Shown piece after piece: positions 8,240 through 18,735 of a stretch of DNA of 56,551 bases. The translations under genes and the position numbers were made by a program. The DNA comes from Promethearchaeota archaeon. GTDB lineage: Archaea > Asgardarchaeota > Lokiarchaeia > Sigyniarchaeales > SOKP01. Below the pieces are notes generated by a model, which was given only the letters and a program-made list of their open reading frames with translations, was not told the DNA's origin and made no database searches. How positions within the stretch are numbered: the first letter of the stretch is position 1; each line of letters starts with the position of its first letter. Location: positions 1-56,551 of the forward strand of contig SHMU01000002.1 in assembly GCA_008080765.1 (NCBI GenBank), in the 5' to 3' direction.

Positions 8240-9733
8240 ATGAGCGATGAAGTATATGATTTAACGATTATTGGCGCTGGACCCGGAGGATATCATGCCG
8301 CAATTAGAGCTGCTCAATTTGGAGCGAAAGTAGCATTAATAGAAAAGTACAAATTGGGAGGTACCTGTCTCAATTGGGGGTGTATTCCCACTAAAGCATT
8401 ATATGCATCTTCTGCCCTGATTCAAAAACTTAAGCATCAAGGAGAAGACTTTGGAGTCATTTGCGAACCTAAGCTTGACTTTGCAAAAGCTGTAGAACGA
8501 AAGAATAAAATTGTGGAAGAATTAGTTGAAGGAATTGAAAAATTAGAAAAAGCTTGGAAGAATGATGTGTACTTTGGAAAGGGAAAGATTGTCGGGGGAA
8601 ATAAGGATGAAGGGTTTAAGATAACTATTGAAGGCGAAAATAACGCGACTATCACATCAAAAAGGGTCATTATTGCTACAGGTTCCTCACCCGCGTTAAT
8701 ACCTGCTTTTAATATTGACCATGAACGAATTCTTACAAGCGACGATATCTTACATCCTGATTTCAAAACTGTTCCTGAAAACTTGTTAATAATTGGAGCG
8801 GGCGTTATTGGATGCGAGTTTGCGAATATCTTTCGCACATTTGGTAGTAAAGTCACTATGCTCGAATACCTTCCAAATCCAATTGCTACTGAAGAGCCGA
8901 TGATAATTCGAGAGCTGAAAAAAAAACTTGATGAGTTAGAAATAACACTTCATGTTTCTCAAAATGTTCTTTCTGTTGAAAATACCGGAAATGGGGTAAA
9001 AGCAACTACTTGCTCTGCAGATGTTCCTCGTGATCAAGTGGAGAGTGCAGAAAAATCCGAATTTGAAGCTGATTTATGTCTTGTATCCATCGGTAGAGCT
9101 AAAGAATCAAGTGATTTGGGTCTTGAAGAATTGGGAATAGAAACGGACCGGGGAGCAATAAAAGTTAATATCGATACATTAGAAACAGCGTGCAAGGGTA
9201 TTTATGCAATTGGGGATGTCACTGGTGGTGTTATGCTTGCCCATGTTGCGAGTTATGAAGGTGAAATAGCCGTAGCAAATGCTCTGCATAGTATAGGAGG
9301 GTTTCCAGTTCATCCCGAAACCACTGACTATTCAGTCGTACCCGCAACCATTTTCACCAACCCCAACATTGGGTCCGTGGGAATTAGAAGGAGCGAAGCT
9401 AAAGATAAAGGTATTGATGTTGCCATGGGACGATTTCCCTTTGAATCTCTCGGAAAGGCTAAATGTATGGGTGAAGATGAAGGCTTTATCATGATCTTGG
9501 TTGATAAAAGCACAGGAAAGATAGTTGGGGCTTCTTGTATAGGTGCTGAAGCTCCCGAACTAATTTCAGAAATCGCGGTGGCTATGAAACATGATCTTAA
9601 AGCAAAAGATCTTTCAGAAGTCATTCATTCACATCCCACAATAAGTGAGATGGTCTTAGAAAGCGCGCTTGATGTTTACGGTCTTGCTGTTCACCGGAAA
9701 GGCAGACCAGATATTGATCTTTATCAAAAGTAA
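8240..9733 (+). CDS. lpdA: Dihydrolipoyl (dihydrolipoamide) dehydrogenase, class-I pyridine nucleotide-disulfide oxidoreductase
   Basis: FAD motif IIGAGPGGY, redox-active disulfide GGTCLNWGCIPTK, NAD motif IIGAGVIGCEF, C-terminal HSHPTISEM. Confidence 0.9.
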   Translation: MSDEVYDLTIIGAGPGGYHAAIRAAQFGAKVALIEKYKLGGTCLNWGCIPTKALYASSALIQKLKHQGEDFGVICEPKLDFAKAVERKNKIVEELVEGIEKLEKAWKNDVYFGKGKIVGGNKDEGFKITIEGENNATITSKRVIIATGSSPALIPAFNIDHERILTSDDILHPDFKTVPENLLIIGAGVIGCEFANIFRTFGSKVTMLEYLPNPIATEEPMIIRELKKKLDELEITLHVSQNVLSVENTGNGVKATTCSADVPRDQVESAEKSEFEADLCLVSIGRAKESSDLGLEELGIETDRGAIKVNIDTLETACKGIYAIGDVTGGVMLAHVASYEGEIAVANALHSIGGFPVHPETTDYSVVPATIFTNPNIGSVGIRRSEAKDKGIDVAMGRFPFESLGKAKCMGEDEGFIMILVDKSTGKIVGASCIGAEAPELISEIAVAMKHDLKAKDLSEVIHSHPTISEMVLESALDVYGLAVHRKGRPDIDLYQK

Positions 9734-9772
9734 TCTTTCTTTCTTCTTTTTTTTCATTTTTTCATCATTTTA
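9734..9772 (+). terminator. Oligo-T tracts downstream of lpdA (archaeal-type terminator candidate)
   Basis: tctttctttcttcttttttttcattttttcatcatttt lies immediately after the stop at 9731-9733. Confidence 0.4.
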
Positions 9773-9912
9773 TACTGCATTCTTTTACTAAAACTTTAAT
9801 TTTCTGAATATTAATTTCATAGCCAAAATTTTATCTAAATAGATCACTTTATTAATGTAACTGATTATGGTTTTTTGTAATTTGATCATATTTTATTAGG
9901 AGGTCTGTATTA

Positions 9913-10809
9913 ATGGCTGAATTTTTTGAAAAAGAGATGGACAATCTGGAAAGCAATCATAATCCCTATAAGGGATTATATGAGGTCTTTATCCTCTATT
10001 TTGACGAAGAGAAAGGTCATATTCCTCTTTTACTTTATTCTGATGAAAAAATTGTTCAAAAACCCGAAAATATGCGCCCTGTCTTTAAACATCCCATATG
10101 GTTTTTAGACATTGATGATATCTCTGCTCAAAATCATGTAGATTTGGAATTTAAAGATAAGATGTATCTGGCCAGAAAATTCTATGCCAAATCCGATAGA
10201 GAGAAACGGAGATGTGGCATTCAAAAAGAGGCTCCAGAAACCATTGTAATTATACTTGCCTTGCCCACAAAGCTTATTGTATTCGGGGGTGAATTAATTC
10301 AGAAGCTTACTACGAAAATGATTGATGGTTTTGGAAATCATTTTTGTGAGCTCATCGAAAGTGAGATTTTAAGAATGAGCCCTATTAAAACATCGGAGAT
10401 AAAAGAAAAAATAAATAACGGCGATATAATAAAAAGGAGAATGAAAAATGAAATTAAGGAAATTTGTAACTGTTATTTCTCGAACGTTATAAAACCCGAG
10501 GGAGCAAAATCAATTAAACAGCAACTTCAAGAATTTGGGATTAATATCTCTCAAAAAATAATGGCATGGTTAGGACTATCCGTAGATCCTATGAAATTAA
10601 AACAAATCGCCGAGAAATTAGCCTCCTATGATAATGTTATTGTTGCCGCAATTACTAACGGCGATCACGACCTTGTCGTTCAACTTATTGCCGATAACGA
10701 GAAATCTTTACATTTATTCATCGAAAAAATCGTGAAACCAATCGATGGTATTGATCCTACAATGGATATTTCAATTTCCTACATAGCAGGAAGCAAATAT
10801 TTGAAATAA
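9913..10809 (+). CDS. Two-domain protein: unknown N-terminal ~200 aa plus C-terminal Lrp/AsnC-type ligand-binding (RAM) domain
   Basis: The C-terminus KLASYDNVIVAAITNGDHDLVVQLIADNEKSLHLFIEKIVKPIDGI resembles the AsnC_trans_reg fold. No HTH is recognisable in the N-terminal part. SD AGGAGG at 9898-9903. Confidence 0.5.
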   Translation: MAEFFEKEMDNLESNHNPYKGLYEVFILYFDEEKGHIPLLLYSDEKIVQKPENMRPVFKHPIWFLDIDDISAQNHVDLEFKDKMYLARKFYAKSDREKRRCGIQKEAPETIVIILALPTKLIVFGGELIQKLTTKMIDGFGNHFCELIESEILRMSPIKTSEIKEKINNGDIIKRRMKNEIKEICNCYFSNVIKPEGAKSIKQQLQEFGINISQKIMAWLGLSVDPMKLKQIAEKLASYDNVIVAAITNGDHDLVVQLIADNEKSLHLFIEKIVKPIDGIDPTMDISISYIAGSKYLK

Positions 10810-10829
10810 GAAAAGAGTTTAATTGGAGC

Positions 10830-11978
10830 TTATTTAATTTCAAATACAATTTTTATATGCTGGAACTTTACTCTCAACATCTCCAAAACTTCGGTTGCAA
10901 ATTGCTTTAAATTATCTGAATATGCTTTTCGAAAATTTTGTTGCTCAACTAAATACGAATAAATCATCGAACGGGTCGCTTCGGAACCGTTATTAACCAA
11001 ATATCCCATCCAATGCGGTGAATAACGACAGATTCGCTTTAACTCGGTGTTGGGATATTGTGCTTTATCAAATATGAGCTTATTGTGGGTTCTAATAGAA
11101 TTACTCACACGCGCGATATAATCTGCAATAGCATAAGCATATCGGCATAAACTTATCATATTTGAAACAATTCTGGAATCCCTCGTGTTTGCTAATTCCT
11201 CAATGGATTGCCAAGCCTCTCTCCACTCTTTGCTCTGTTTTTCTGATTCAATGTGCTGCAACATACCAATATTAATAATATCCGATAGATCAACATCATG
11301 TCCCCGTTTCAGCTTCTTTTTCACGATATCTTTAAGCGAAGTTCCATCAATATAGGCACCATTGGTAAAATCCATAGATAAATCAAGATCATTTGAAGCC
11401 GTTAATATTGCCGTTTTTTTCTCATTCGAATTATAATCAATCCATTCTACCTGTTTTTCCCATTCCCTTAACTCCCGATTCCACGTCCATCCGCTTAATT
11501 TTAGCACATATTCGAATAAATCGATCTTATAGATCCAAAAATCAATATCATCGGTGAACCGTTTCCGTCGCCAATCTCGAGAAGTATATTTTTCTAAGTA
11601 GATTTTGACACAGCCTCTCACGATTGTGTTACTTCCATGTTTTAACACCTCTTTCGCCTCTACATAATATCGATGTTCTGGATTCGAGGTAATATCTATG
11701 ATCTCGTTAATTACTCGCCGAGCCTCCGTCGCAACTACATCTAAGGGTATGTTTCCATCCGAAGGATAACTCCTGCTACCTCCGTCTAAGAATTTTTGAA
11801 ATAAATCTAAATCATCCTCGGGAATATGGTATCGTGGATTATTAAACATCAGTTTACTAAAAACAAAATGGGTATATCCTTCGTTATCTTCATAAATATC
11901 CTCATGGATAGGGGTAATCTTCCTTAGATTATCGCCCCGCACAACAGCATCCGCCCGGTCATCCCAAAAGGTCAGCAT
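10830..11978 (-). CDS. Hypothetical protein, possible AbiEii-like nucleotidyltransferase fold
   Basis: HGS...RFTDDIDFWI (G[GS]...DxD) and a later KKKLKRGHDVDLSDI resemble the NTase and K..L.R...D.yD motifs of DUF1814/AbiEii. The match is weak. Confidence 0.35.
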   Translation of the reverse strand: MLTFWDDRADAVVRGDNLRKITPIHEDIYEDNEGYTHFVFSKLMFNNPRYHIPEDDLDLFQKFLDGGSRSYPSDGNIPLDVVATEARRVINEIIDITSNPEHRYYVEAKEVLKHGSNTIVRGCVKIYLEKYTSRDWRRKRFTDDIDFWIYKIDLFEYVLKLSGWTWNRELREWEKQVEWIDYNSNEKKTAILTASNDLDLSMDFTNGAYIDGTSLKDIVKKKLKRGHDVDLSDIINIGMLQHIESEKQSKEWREAWQSIEELANTRDSRIVSNMISLCRYAYAIADYIARVSNSIRTHNKLIFDKAQYPNTELKRICRYSPHWMGYLVNNGSEATRSMIYSYLVEQQNFRKAYSDNLKQFATEVLEMLRVKFQHIKIVFEIK

Positions 11979-12300
11979 TCAAAACTACCTACATGATTGT
12001 AAAATTTTTAACCTTTTAACTAAATTATGAAAATCTTATAGATACTTTATCTTTTTATAAATATAAGTTTTAGGGTTTTTGGTTATTAAATGAAAATCCT
12101 TCAGAAATCTAATCCTCAAGGAGCTTAATGTTCAAAAAAAAATCAATAGATCTTGATTTTTATGAACAAATTATGGACTAAGCTATTGTACAGATATCTT
12201 GTAGAAAATTAATTATTACTATAGCTACATATTTCCAATATGCCTTTTATTTGCTAATTTATTAATCTACTGTTAATTTAAGCCAAGATTTCATTATTTA

Positions 12301-13200
12301 CTATTTTTTATATACAATTCCAGCAATTATTTGGAGTATATAACCAAAATTCACGATGATTAAGCAAGATAGAAATAGTTCTAAAGGCATCATACTATAG
12401 GATTCCATGACAATAATTTCTATTGGGATTATCCCATACATAAATGAAAAATTTGGAGAGTGAAACGCTCCAAAATATAATATTAGAGGGAAAAAAATTA
12501 ACATCCCGAGAAGAAGAGCACCCACACCGATGTTCCAAGATTTAGGGCTAAATATAATTTTTCCGAATTCTTCAAAAATTAGAGTCTTCTTTTTAAAACT
12601 CAGAACTGCCCCAATAGAAAGCGAACTAATGCCAAAAAATAGATTCATACCAGCTGTCATAAGAAGGAGAATTGTATTTTCTCTTCCATATAATAGATAA
12701 AATATAATCACAGATACAAATCCATTTATAACTAATAAGATACTTGCAAGGCATAAATACCCAGTAATTCGGTTAGGGAGCATATGCTTGAAAACTAATT
12801 CATTTATTAATCTTACATTAATGATAATCTGAAGAATTTCAAGAAGAAATAAAATAAATAGAACTATTTTTAGGAGTAAAGTATCAAGTGTCAATATTAT
12901 ACTGAAAAGAAAGAATGCATTTAGGAAATAAAAGGAAATAATGCTGCTACTTCTTTTTGGAAATCTATTAGAGTTTTTTTTAGGATTCTTCAAACTCTTT
13001 CTAAAAAAGAGAAGCTCTATAAGATAATAGAAGCCAAAAATTACTGCGATACAATTTTGGCTAATAATAAATATTCTATGTGAGGAACTCAATGCAATAT
13101 TAATAGAAAGATCGAAGGTCAAAATATATCCCCATAAAGCAATTATAAATATTCCGAAACTTGAACATATGAGGAATAGACTATTTTTATCAACATTCAT
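12301..13200 (-). CDS. Polytopic membrane protein, unknown function
   Basis: 299-aa ORF with about 8 hydrophobic segments. No recognisable motif. Confidence 0.5.
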   Translation of the reverse strand: MNVDKNSLFLICSSFGIFIIALWGYILTFDLSINIALSSSHRIFIISQNCIAVIFGFYYLIELLFFRKSLKNPKKNSNRFPKRSSSIISFYFLNAFFLFSIILTLDTLLLKIVLFILFLLEILQIIINVRLINELVFKHMLPNRITGYLCLASILLVINGFVSVIIFYLLYGRENTILLLMTAGMNLFFGISSLSIGAVLSFKKKTLIFEEFGKIIFSPKSWNIGVGALLLGMLIFFPLILYFGAFHSPNFSFMYGIIPIEIIVMESYSMMPLELFLSCLIIVNFGYILQIIAGIVYKK

Positions 13201-13497
13201 TGTGATTTCTACAAGTGAAATTGAATGATTTCGATAATGAATTCTATAATGAATATAAAATTATAAGATTTTTAATATTATTTTTATTCCTTATTCCTTT
13301 CTTCAATTTTTTATGAAAAAGTCTTTTATTTAATATTAAAAATAATATGAGATTTCTGTGTTGTTTTTGAGAACTAAAAATACTTTAAGAAGAACCAGCT
13401 ATTAATAATAAGGGCAATTTTTTTTGAGAAACTGCTATTTATAACATAAGAAAGTTATATTTTTAGAAAAGAAATGTCTATATGAATAAATGAATAA

Positions 13498-15585
13498 ATG
13501 AAACTATCACAATTGTTTGAGGATGCAGCGGGAAAGAAGGTACTTATGAGCGGCAATGAGGCATTTGCCAGAGGCATTTTTGAAGCGGGGGTCCGATTTG
13601 CAGCGAATTATCCTGGAACACCGCTTAGCGAGGTGGGAGACTATCTCAAATATCTTTCCGATATATCTACCACCTTTACGTTTGATTATGCATTAAATGA
13701 AAAGGTCGCCTTAGAATCGTGCATTGGAGCAAGTTGGGCGAACTCTCGCTCCGTTGCTATATTCAAACACTTAGGATTAAATGTAGCAGCAGATCCTCTT
13801 CATACATTTCCTTATTCAGGTGTGAATGCGGGGATGCTTATTTTATGCGGGGGAGATCCCGGGATTCTTTCCTCAACAAATGCACAAGACAATCGTATGT
13901 ATTCTTTGCATACAAAAACCCCGATTATTGAACCTTCAAACATTCAAGAGTGTAAAGATTTTATAAAAGAGGGCTTACGGCTTTCTGAATTATATAAAAT
14001 TCCCCTCTATATACATGTGACTACACGATTGTGCCACAGTTATGGGGTTGTAACCTTGGGAGAAATTCAAGAACCAACTCAAACAGGGCATTTTGAGAAG
14101 GACCCAAATCGGTTTGTCAATACATTAGGAAGAGCACTAAATAATCAGAAGAAATATTTTCAGATAGTTTCAGAAGTAGCAAAAAATCGTAAAATATTTC
14201 ATCTTTTAAATAAAGTGAAATTGTGGAGCAAGGAAAAACCACGCTCAAATATAGGTATAATTACAAGCGGAATTTGCTACAGCTACGTACTGCAAGCTTG
14301 TCATAAATTAAATATTAAGCCCCCCATTTTAAAACTGGGGTTAATATTTCCCATTAATAGAGAGGAGATTTGCCATTTTGCAAATGAATATGAACTTAAT
14401 TTACTCTTAGTAGTTGAGGAGCTGGAGCCCTTTATTGAAACTTTTTCCAAACGGGTATTTTGTAATTTCTGCAACGCTATGAGGGATTTAGAAATCCACG
14501 GGAAAGATTATCTACCGAATACAGGGGAATTGAACACTGATCTGGTAATACGCTTTTTTGCTAACTTTTTTGAAGTGGATAACAAATATTTACTGGAAGA
14601 ATTCAGCAAAAAAGAAGAAGCATTAAAGGAGATACTCCCTATGTTGCCCATCCGACAACCTACATTTTGTCCGGGATGTCAATATCGACCCGTGTTTTAC
14701 GCGTTAAAGAAAGTTACCGCTAAAATCTACGAGGAAATGGGTATTCAACATATTTTCTCAGGAGATATTGGATGTTATACGCTCAGCGAAGCATATCCCT
14801 ATCAATTATTGGACTGGGTGGTGTGCATGGGAGCTGGAGTTGGCATTGCAAACGGAATGGCACAAATCCTAAATAAAAATCAAAAACTCATCGCTTATAT
14901 AGGAGACAGCACTTTTTTTCATACGGGAATTCAACCTTTGCTGAATGCGCTTAAAAATAATATTGATCTTACGGTTCTTATCTTTAATAATTATTGGACG
15001 GCAATGACGGGACATCAAGAGCTCATTGCGACCCCAGAACAATTCTTAAAGAAATATGGCGATCAATCTTCTACTCAAGAAAAATCGATAGATCTCATTA
15101 ATTTTGTATCCAATATGGGAATTGAAAATCTCGTAGTAACGGATGCATATAATATTGAAAAACTTGAGAGAATATTTTATAATACTCTTCAAAAGAAAGG
15201 CTTAAAAGTGATAATTATTAATGAAGAATGTGCCCTTGAGAAAAAAAGGAGAATTCGAAGGGAAAAAAAAGCCGAGTTAAGCAAGACACAACAACCTTCG
15301 AACAAAGTGAAATCTGAAACATATTATACTATTTCAGACTCATGTTCTAAGTGTAATGAATGTATAGAGTTCTATGGATGTCCCGCAATTAATGCCTTAT
15401 ATATAGATGAGAATATTGAAGCAAACAATGATTCCAGATCGAGAGAATTACGTTATTATATCGATGAAACGATGTGTGTTCCTGAAGTATGTCCGGGAGT
15501 ATGCCGACAAGTATGTAAAAATCAGATGATTCACAAAACAATGATCAATCCCTATCTAAAAGATGAGAAAAAAAATTCAAAGTGA
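13498..15585 (+). CDS. iorA: Indolepyruvate:ferredoxin oxidoreductase alpha subunit (TPP- and 4Fe-4S-binding)
   Basis: N-terminal GNEAFARGIFEAGVRFAANYPGTP, TPP motif GDSTFFHTG...N, and C-terminal CSKCNECIEFYGCP plus CVPEVCPGVCRQVC ferredoxin-type clusters. The next gene is iorB. Confidence 0.85.
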   Translation: MKLSQLFEDAAGKKVLMSGNEAFARGIFEAGVRFAANYPGTPLSEVGDYLKYLSDISTTFTFDYALNEKVALESCIGASWANSRSVAIFKHLGLNVAADPLHTFPYSGVNAGMLILCGGDPGILSSTNAQDNRMYSLHTKTPIIEPSNIQECKDFIKEGLRLSELYKIPLYIHVTTRLCHSYGVVTLGEIQEPTQTGHFEKDPNRFVNTLGRALNNQKKYFQIVSEVAKNRKIFHLLNKVKLWSKEKPRSNIGIITSGICYSYVLQACHKLNIKPPILKLGLIFPINREEICHFANEYELNLLLVVEELEPFIETFSKRVFCNFCNAMRDLEIHGKDYLPNTGELNTDLVIRFFANFFEVDNKYLLEEFSKKEEALKEILPMLPIRQPTFCPGCQYRPVFYALKKVTAKIYEEMGIQHIFSGDIGCYTLSEAYPYQLLDWVVCMGAGVGIANGMAQILNKNQKLIAYIGDSTFFHTGIQPLLNALKNNIDLTVLIFNNYWTAMTGHQELIATPEQFLKKYGDQSSTQEKSIDLINFVSNMGIENLVVTDAYNIEKLERIFYNTLQKKGLKVIIINEECALEKKRRIRREKKAELSKTQQPSNKVKSETYYTISDSCSKCNECIEFYGCPAINALYIDENIEANNDSRSRELRYYIDETMCVPEVCPGVCRQVCKNQMIHKTMINPYLKDEKKNSK

Positions 15586-15595
15586 GGTAAAGTAG

Positions 15596-16249
15596 ATGGC
15601 AGATATCTTTAACATTCTGATAACGGGAGTGGGAGGGCAAGGGGCTGTTCTCTTAGGAAATTTATTGCGGACTTATGGCTTGACATCACCATTGATTAAA
15701 AATGTAGTGGGCACGGAAACTCGAGGTGTATCGCAGCGAGAGGGCTCGGTAAGTGCAACAACACGATATTTGATTGATAGCAAAATTTATTCCCTTGATC
15801 AAAAATATGAAGCCGATGAACTTATCTCAGCGCTCATCCCGTTGAATGATGCCCATTTAGTCTTAGGGTTGGAACCATTGGAAACTATACGAAATCTCAA
15901 ATATATCTCAGAACAAACAGTGGTTATTCTTAACACACATCAGAATTTTCCGCGAAATGTGTTATTTGGCTCAGAACAAGAAAAAAAATATCCCTCAGTA
16001 GCATATATTATTGATCTTCTTGATCAATTTGCAAGAAGGGTGATTGCCATGAATTTTAATACGCTCAGTCAAACCCAATTTGATAATTCTATTTATGCCA
16101 ATAGCATTATCTTAGGAGTAGGCGCTCAAGAATTTAGAAATGTATTTTTAAAGAAGGAGATGGGGCAGATCATCCGAGGAAATTTAAAGAATGCTGAAAC
16201 AAATATTAAAGCTTTTGAACTGGGTTATAAATTAATATCAAATTATTAA
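15596..16249 (+). CDS. iorB: Indolepyruvate:ferredoxin oxidoreductase beta subunit
   Basis: ITGVGGQGAVLLGNLL motif of the pyruvate/2-oxoacid:ferredoxin oxidoreductase gamma-type domain. It starts 10 nt after iorA with GAGGT upstream. Confidence 0.8.
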   Translation: MADIFNILITGVGGQGAVLLGNLLRTYGLTSPLIKNVVGTETRGVSQREGSVSATTRYLIDSKIYSLDQKYEADELISALIPLNDAHLVLGLEPLETIRNLKYISEQTVVILNTHQNFPRNVLFGSEQEKKYPSVAYIIDLLDQFARRVIAMNFNTLSQTQFDNSIYANSIILGVGAQEFRNVFLKKEMGQIIRGNLKNAETNIKAFELGYKLISNY

Positions 16250-16250
16250 T

Positions 16251-18437
16251 CTATATCTCAAGATCAAGAAATGAGCTTTTACTTTGGTGTAAATATTTCA
16301 CTTTAAATGAGTGTAACTCCCCATTTTTAAATCGAATCACTCTATATCCTCCAACAACATCCGGCTTTTTATAACTTGCTAAGCCTAAAGCGGGAGTTTG
16401 CACGATAAAAGGAATCTTTTTCTTTATTTCGAAAGAATGGGAGTAAATTTCGCTGTAAATATCATAATAAATTGCAGCAGGTATTTCAATTCGTTTTAAG
16501 AAAAAGGGAGGGGCATCAAATACCGTAGTTTTATTCTTAGTTTCTTCTAGCCGAAATTCCTTTGTAAGATGGGTATGTCCTGAAAGCGTTAATATGGTAT
16601 GATTAAGGCAGAAATGAATTAATTTATCCCAGTTTTTTGAGATGGTTCCGAACTTTACATTATAACTTGAATCTAATCGAGAGGCGGTATCTTCTATACC
16701 TAATTTTCGTGCAAGTGACTCTTTGAAATCCTCTAATTTTTGCAAAATTTCGCTCGAAGAGCTCGTTTTAATTCGCTTCTTAAAATATTGTTTTTTTCCA
16801 ATATTGATTGGAGGACCATGGATTAATAATATGTTTTTATTCTCTTGAGAAATTTTCGATCGGAGCAAATTTCTTAAATATCTTACTTGAGAGGCCTTTA
16901 AACCCGTAACAGAGGGGTGTCCTGCCGCAAGGTCTCTGATATTTTTGAAAGAATCACTTCCACTATTGAGAAAAATAAAATTAAAATTTCCCAATTGAAT
17001 AGTATAATCTAAAGAAGGACATATTTCGCTTAAATAATGCTTAAGCGCAAGCTTCGATTTTGAAAGTGCTGTAATCGGTGATGCCGAAAATACCTCATTT
17101 AGAGCAGTTGCTTCAAATGCTTTAAGCCCTATCTTTTTATATAGACCTCCCCAATTGAAATCATAACAGTTAGGTCTAAAATCATGATTACCTACAATAG
17201 TAAAGATTGGACATAATAGTTCCTCACCAGAAATTACCTCTTCATATTCATTTTCGGGCTGTAAATTTAAAATGATATCCTTAAAGACTTTCCAATTGCT
17301 CTTTTTGTATTTTAATTTGTCAAGTTCATCTCCGGATAAAGCATACCGCGATTTAATGACAAAATCTACAATGTCACCTGTGATAACAATAAAATCTAAA
17401 TTATTTTTCTGTATTCGCTTATTCGCTATTTTTATAAACTTTCGCAACTGATTGTTAGCATTGATCAGTCGTTTTTCCAGTGGTACTTCCTCTTTACAAT
17501 CTTCTCCTTCTTCATCATTTTCACTCCCCTCTCTCGGGGTATTTTTTGGCATCGCCACTTTCCCCTCAGCCATTCCATCGGAGGGAATCTCTCCGTTCTC
17601 CTCATTATTATCCCCTATATTAAACAGACATTTAATTTTATGCGCAATCTTTCCAAAAATACTTTCATCGGTAGTTTTTTTCCATTTAGAAACAATCCCA
17701 AAGATTCTATCATTTCTCTCTGCCAAGTGAGTATCAGTGATCTGAATAAAAGCAAAATTTTCCCATTTTTGCTTAGTAATTACCAGTGAATGATAGTTAT
17801 AGTGATCTCTATAACCTATATCGAACATAACGAATGTTCTAAGCTTAAGAAATTCTAAAACTTCTTTTGAAAGATTAAACTCAATATTAACACAATAGTA
17901 CTGAGTTAATTTGTTAAATGTATTCCATTTAGAAAAATAGGGAGCGGGTGAACAATATTCATTTATTAAATACTCCTCACTGTCAATATCTTTTTCCTTT
18001 ACTGCCTCGACCTCTCTTATCTTTACGCTGATACTTGCCCCTCTAATAGCCTTGCTGTATTTTTCAGGTGCTTTTTCAAAAAATAATTTCTGTTCTTCTG
18101 CTATTTTTTCTTTTCGAAAAAAATTTCGTAATTTAAATAGGAACTTTCGCTGAACTTTCCTTTCTTCAAGTATTGGGATTAAGTTAACGGTATTATTTAT
18201 ATGATCTTTAAACTCTTCAAGTTTATCAACATTACTCACAAAAAGGAGCCTGGCTTCAAATATATGGTTCTTTAATTTCCTTTTCCGTTTGAAAACCCTT
18301 TTTATTTTCGAGAATAAGGATGATTTTCGACGCTTTTTAGAATCAGAATTAATGAATATGGGATGCCCGAGATTAGGATTGATTAACTTAGCGACTAAAT
18401 TCTCTTTTTGCATTAAATCAATACTACTCTCGATCAT
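16251..18437 (-). CDS. Large calcineurin-like metallophosphoesterase
   Basis: Ordered motifs ITDTHL, ITGDIVD, VGNHDF, IHGPP, SGHTHL. There is an N-terminal ~230-aa extension and an acidic insert (EGSENDEEGEDCKEE). Confidence 0.75.
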   Translation of the reverse strand: MIESSIDLMQKENLVAKLINPNLGHPIFINSDSKKRRKSSLFSKIKRVFKRKRKLKNHIFEARLLFVSNVDKLEEFKDHINNTVNLIPILEERKVQRKFLFKLRNFFRKEKIAEEQKLFFEKAPEKYSKAIRGASISVKIREVEAVKEKDIDSEEYLINEYCSPAPYFSKWNTFNKLTQYYCVNIEFNLSKEVLEFLKLRTFVMFDIGYRDHYNYHSLVITKQKWENFAFIQITDTHLAERNDRIFGIVSKWKKTTDESIFGKIAHKIKCLFNIGDNNEENGEIPSDGMAEGKVAMPKNTPREGSENDEEGEDCKEEVPLEKRLINANNQLRKFIKIANKRIQKNNLDFIVITGDIVDFVIKSRYALSGDELDKLKYKKSNWKVFKDIILNLQPENEYEEVISGEELLCPIFTIVGNHDFRPNCYDFNWGGLYKKIGLKAFEATALNEVFSASPITALSKSKLALKHYLSEICPSLDYTIQLGNFNFIFLNSGSDSFKNIRDLAAGHPSVTGLKASQVRYLRNLLRSKISQENKNILLIHGPPINIGKKQYFKKRIKTSSSSEILQKLEDFKESLARKLGIEDTASRLDSSYNVKFGTISKNWDKLIHFCLNHTILTLSGHTHLTKEFRLEETKNKTTVFDAPPFFLKRIEIPAAIYYDIYSEIYSHSFEIKKKIPFIVQTPALGLASYKKPDVVGGYRVIRFKNGELHSFKVKYLHQSKSSFLDLEI

Positions 18438-18735
18438 ATGGTATTATTTTAAAGCCAATTGTACTATTTTGTAAATGAATTTATATACGATTTATTTACG
18501 AATATATTTGCTCTCTTTTCCAATAGATACCCGTATCTTATTACTCTAAATTTAGGAACTTAGAATAATTTTATGCTATTATACCTTTGGTTTGCTCATT
18601 ATTTATAAATGAAGTAATAAGATTTTAAAATAAAGATTCGAGTTCAAGTTGCTTAGTTAAGAATAAAATTGCCTTTCTTCATTGAAATATAAATTAAGAT
18701 CTTGAGAATATATTTTGAAGAAAATTAGCAAAGAT

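Noticed and set aside
8437-9624. Minus-strand ORFs 8437..8856 and 9328..9624 inside lpdA
   Set aside because: They are antisense to a strongly supported CDS and have no motifs. The same reasoning applies to 7765..7953 and 7991..8182, which lie opposite the glycerate kinase.
11979-12300. Search for an AbiEi-type antitoxin or small partner ORF next to the NTase-like gene
   Set aside because: Only very short ORFs (12 codons or fewer) are seen, so no partner can be supported from the sequence.
17452-18474. Plus-strand ORFs 17452..17730 and 18289..18474 opposite the metallophosphoesterase
   Set aside because: They are antisense shadows. The first mirrors the acidic insert as a Ser/Pro-rich frame.
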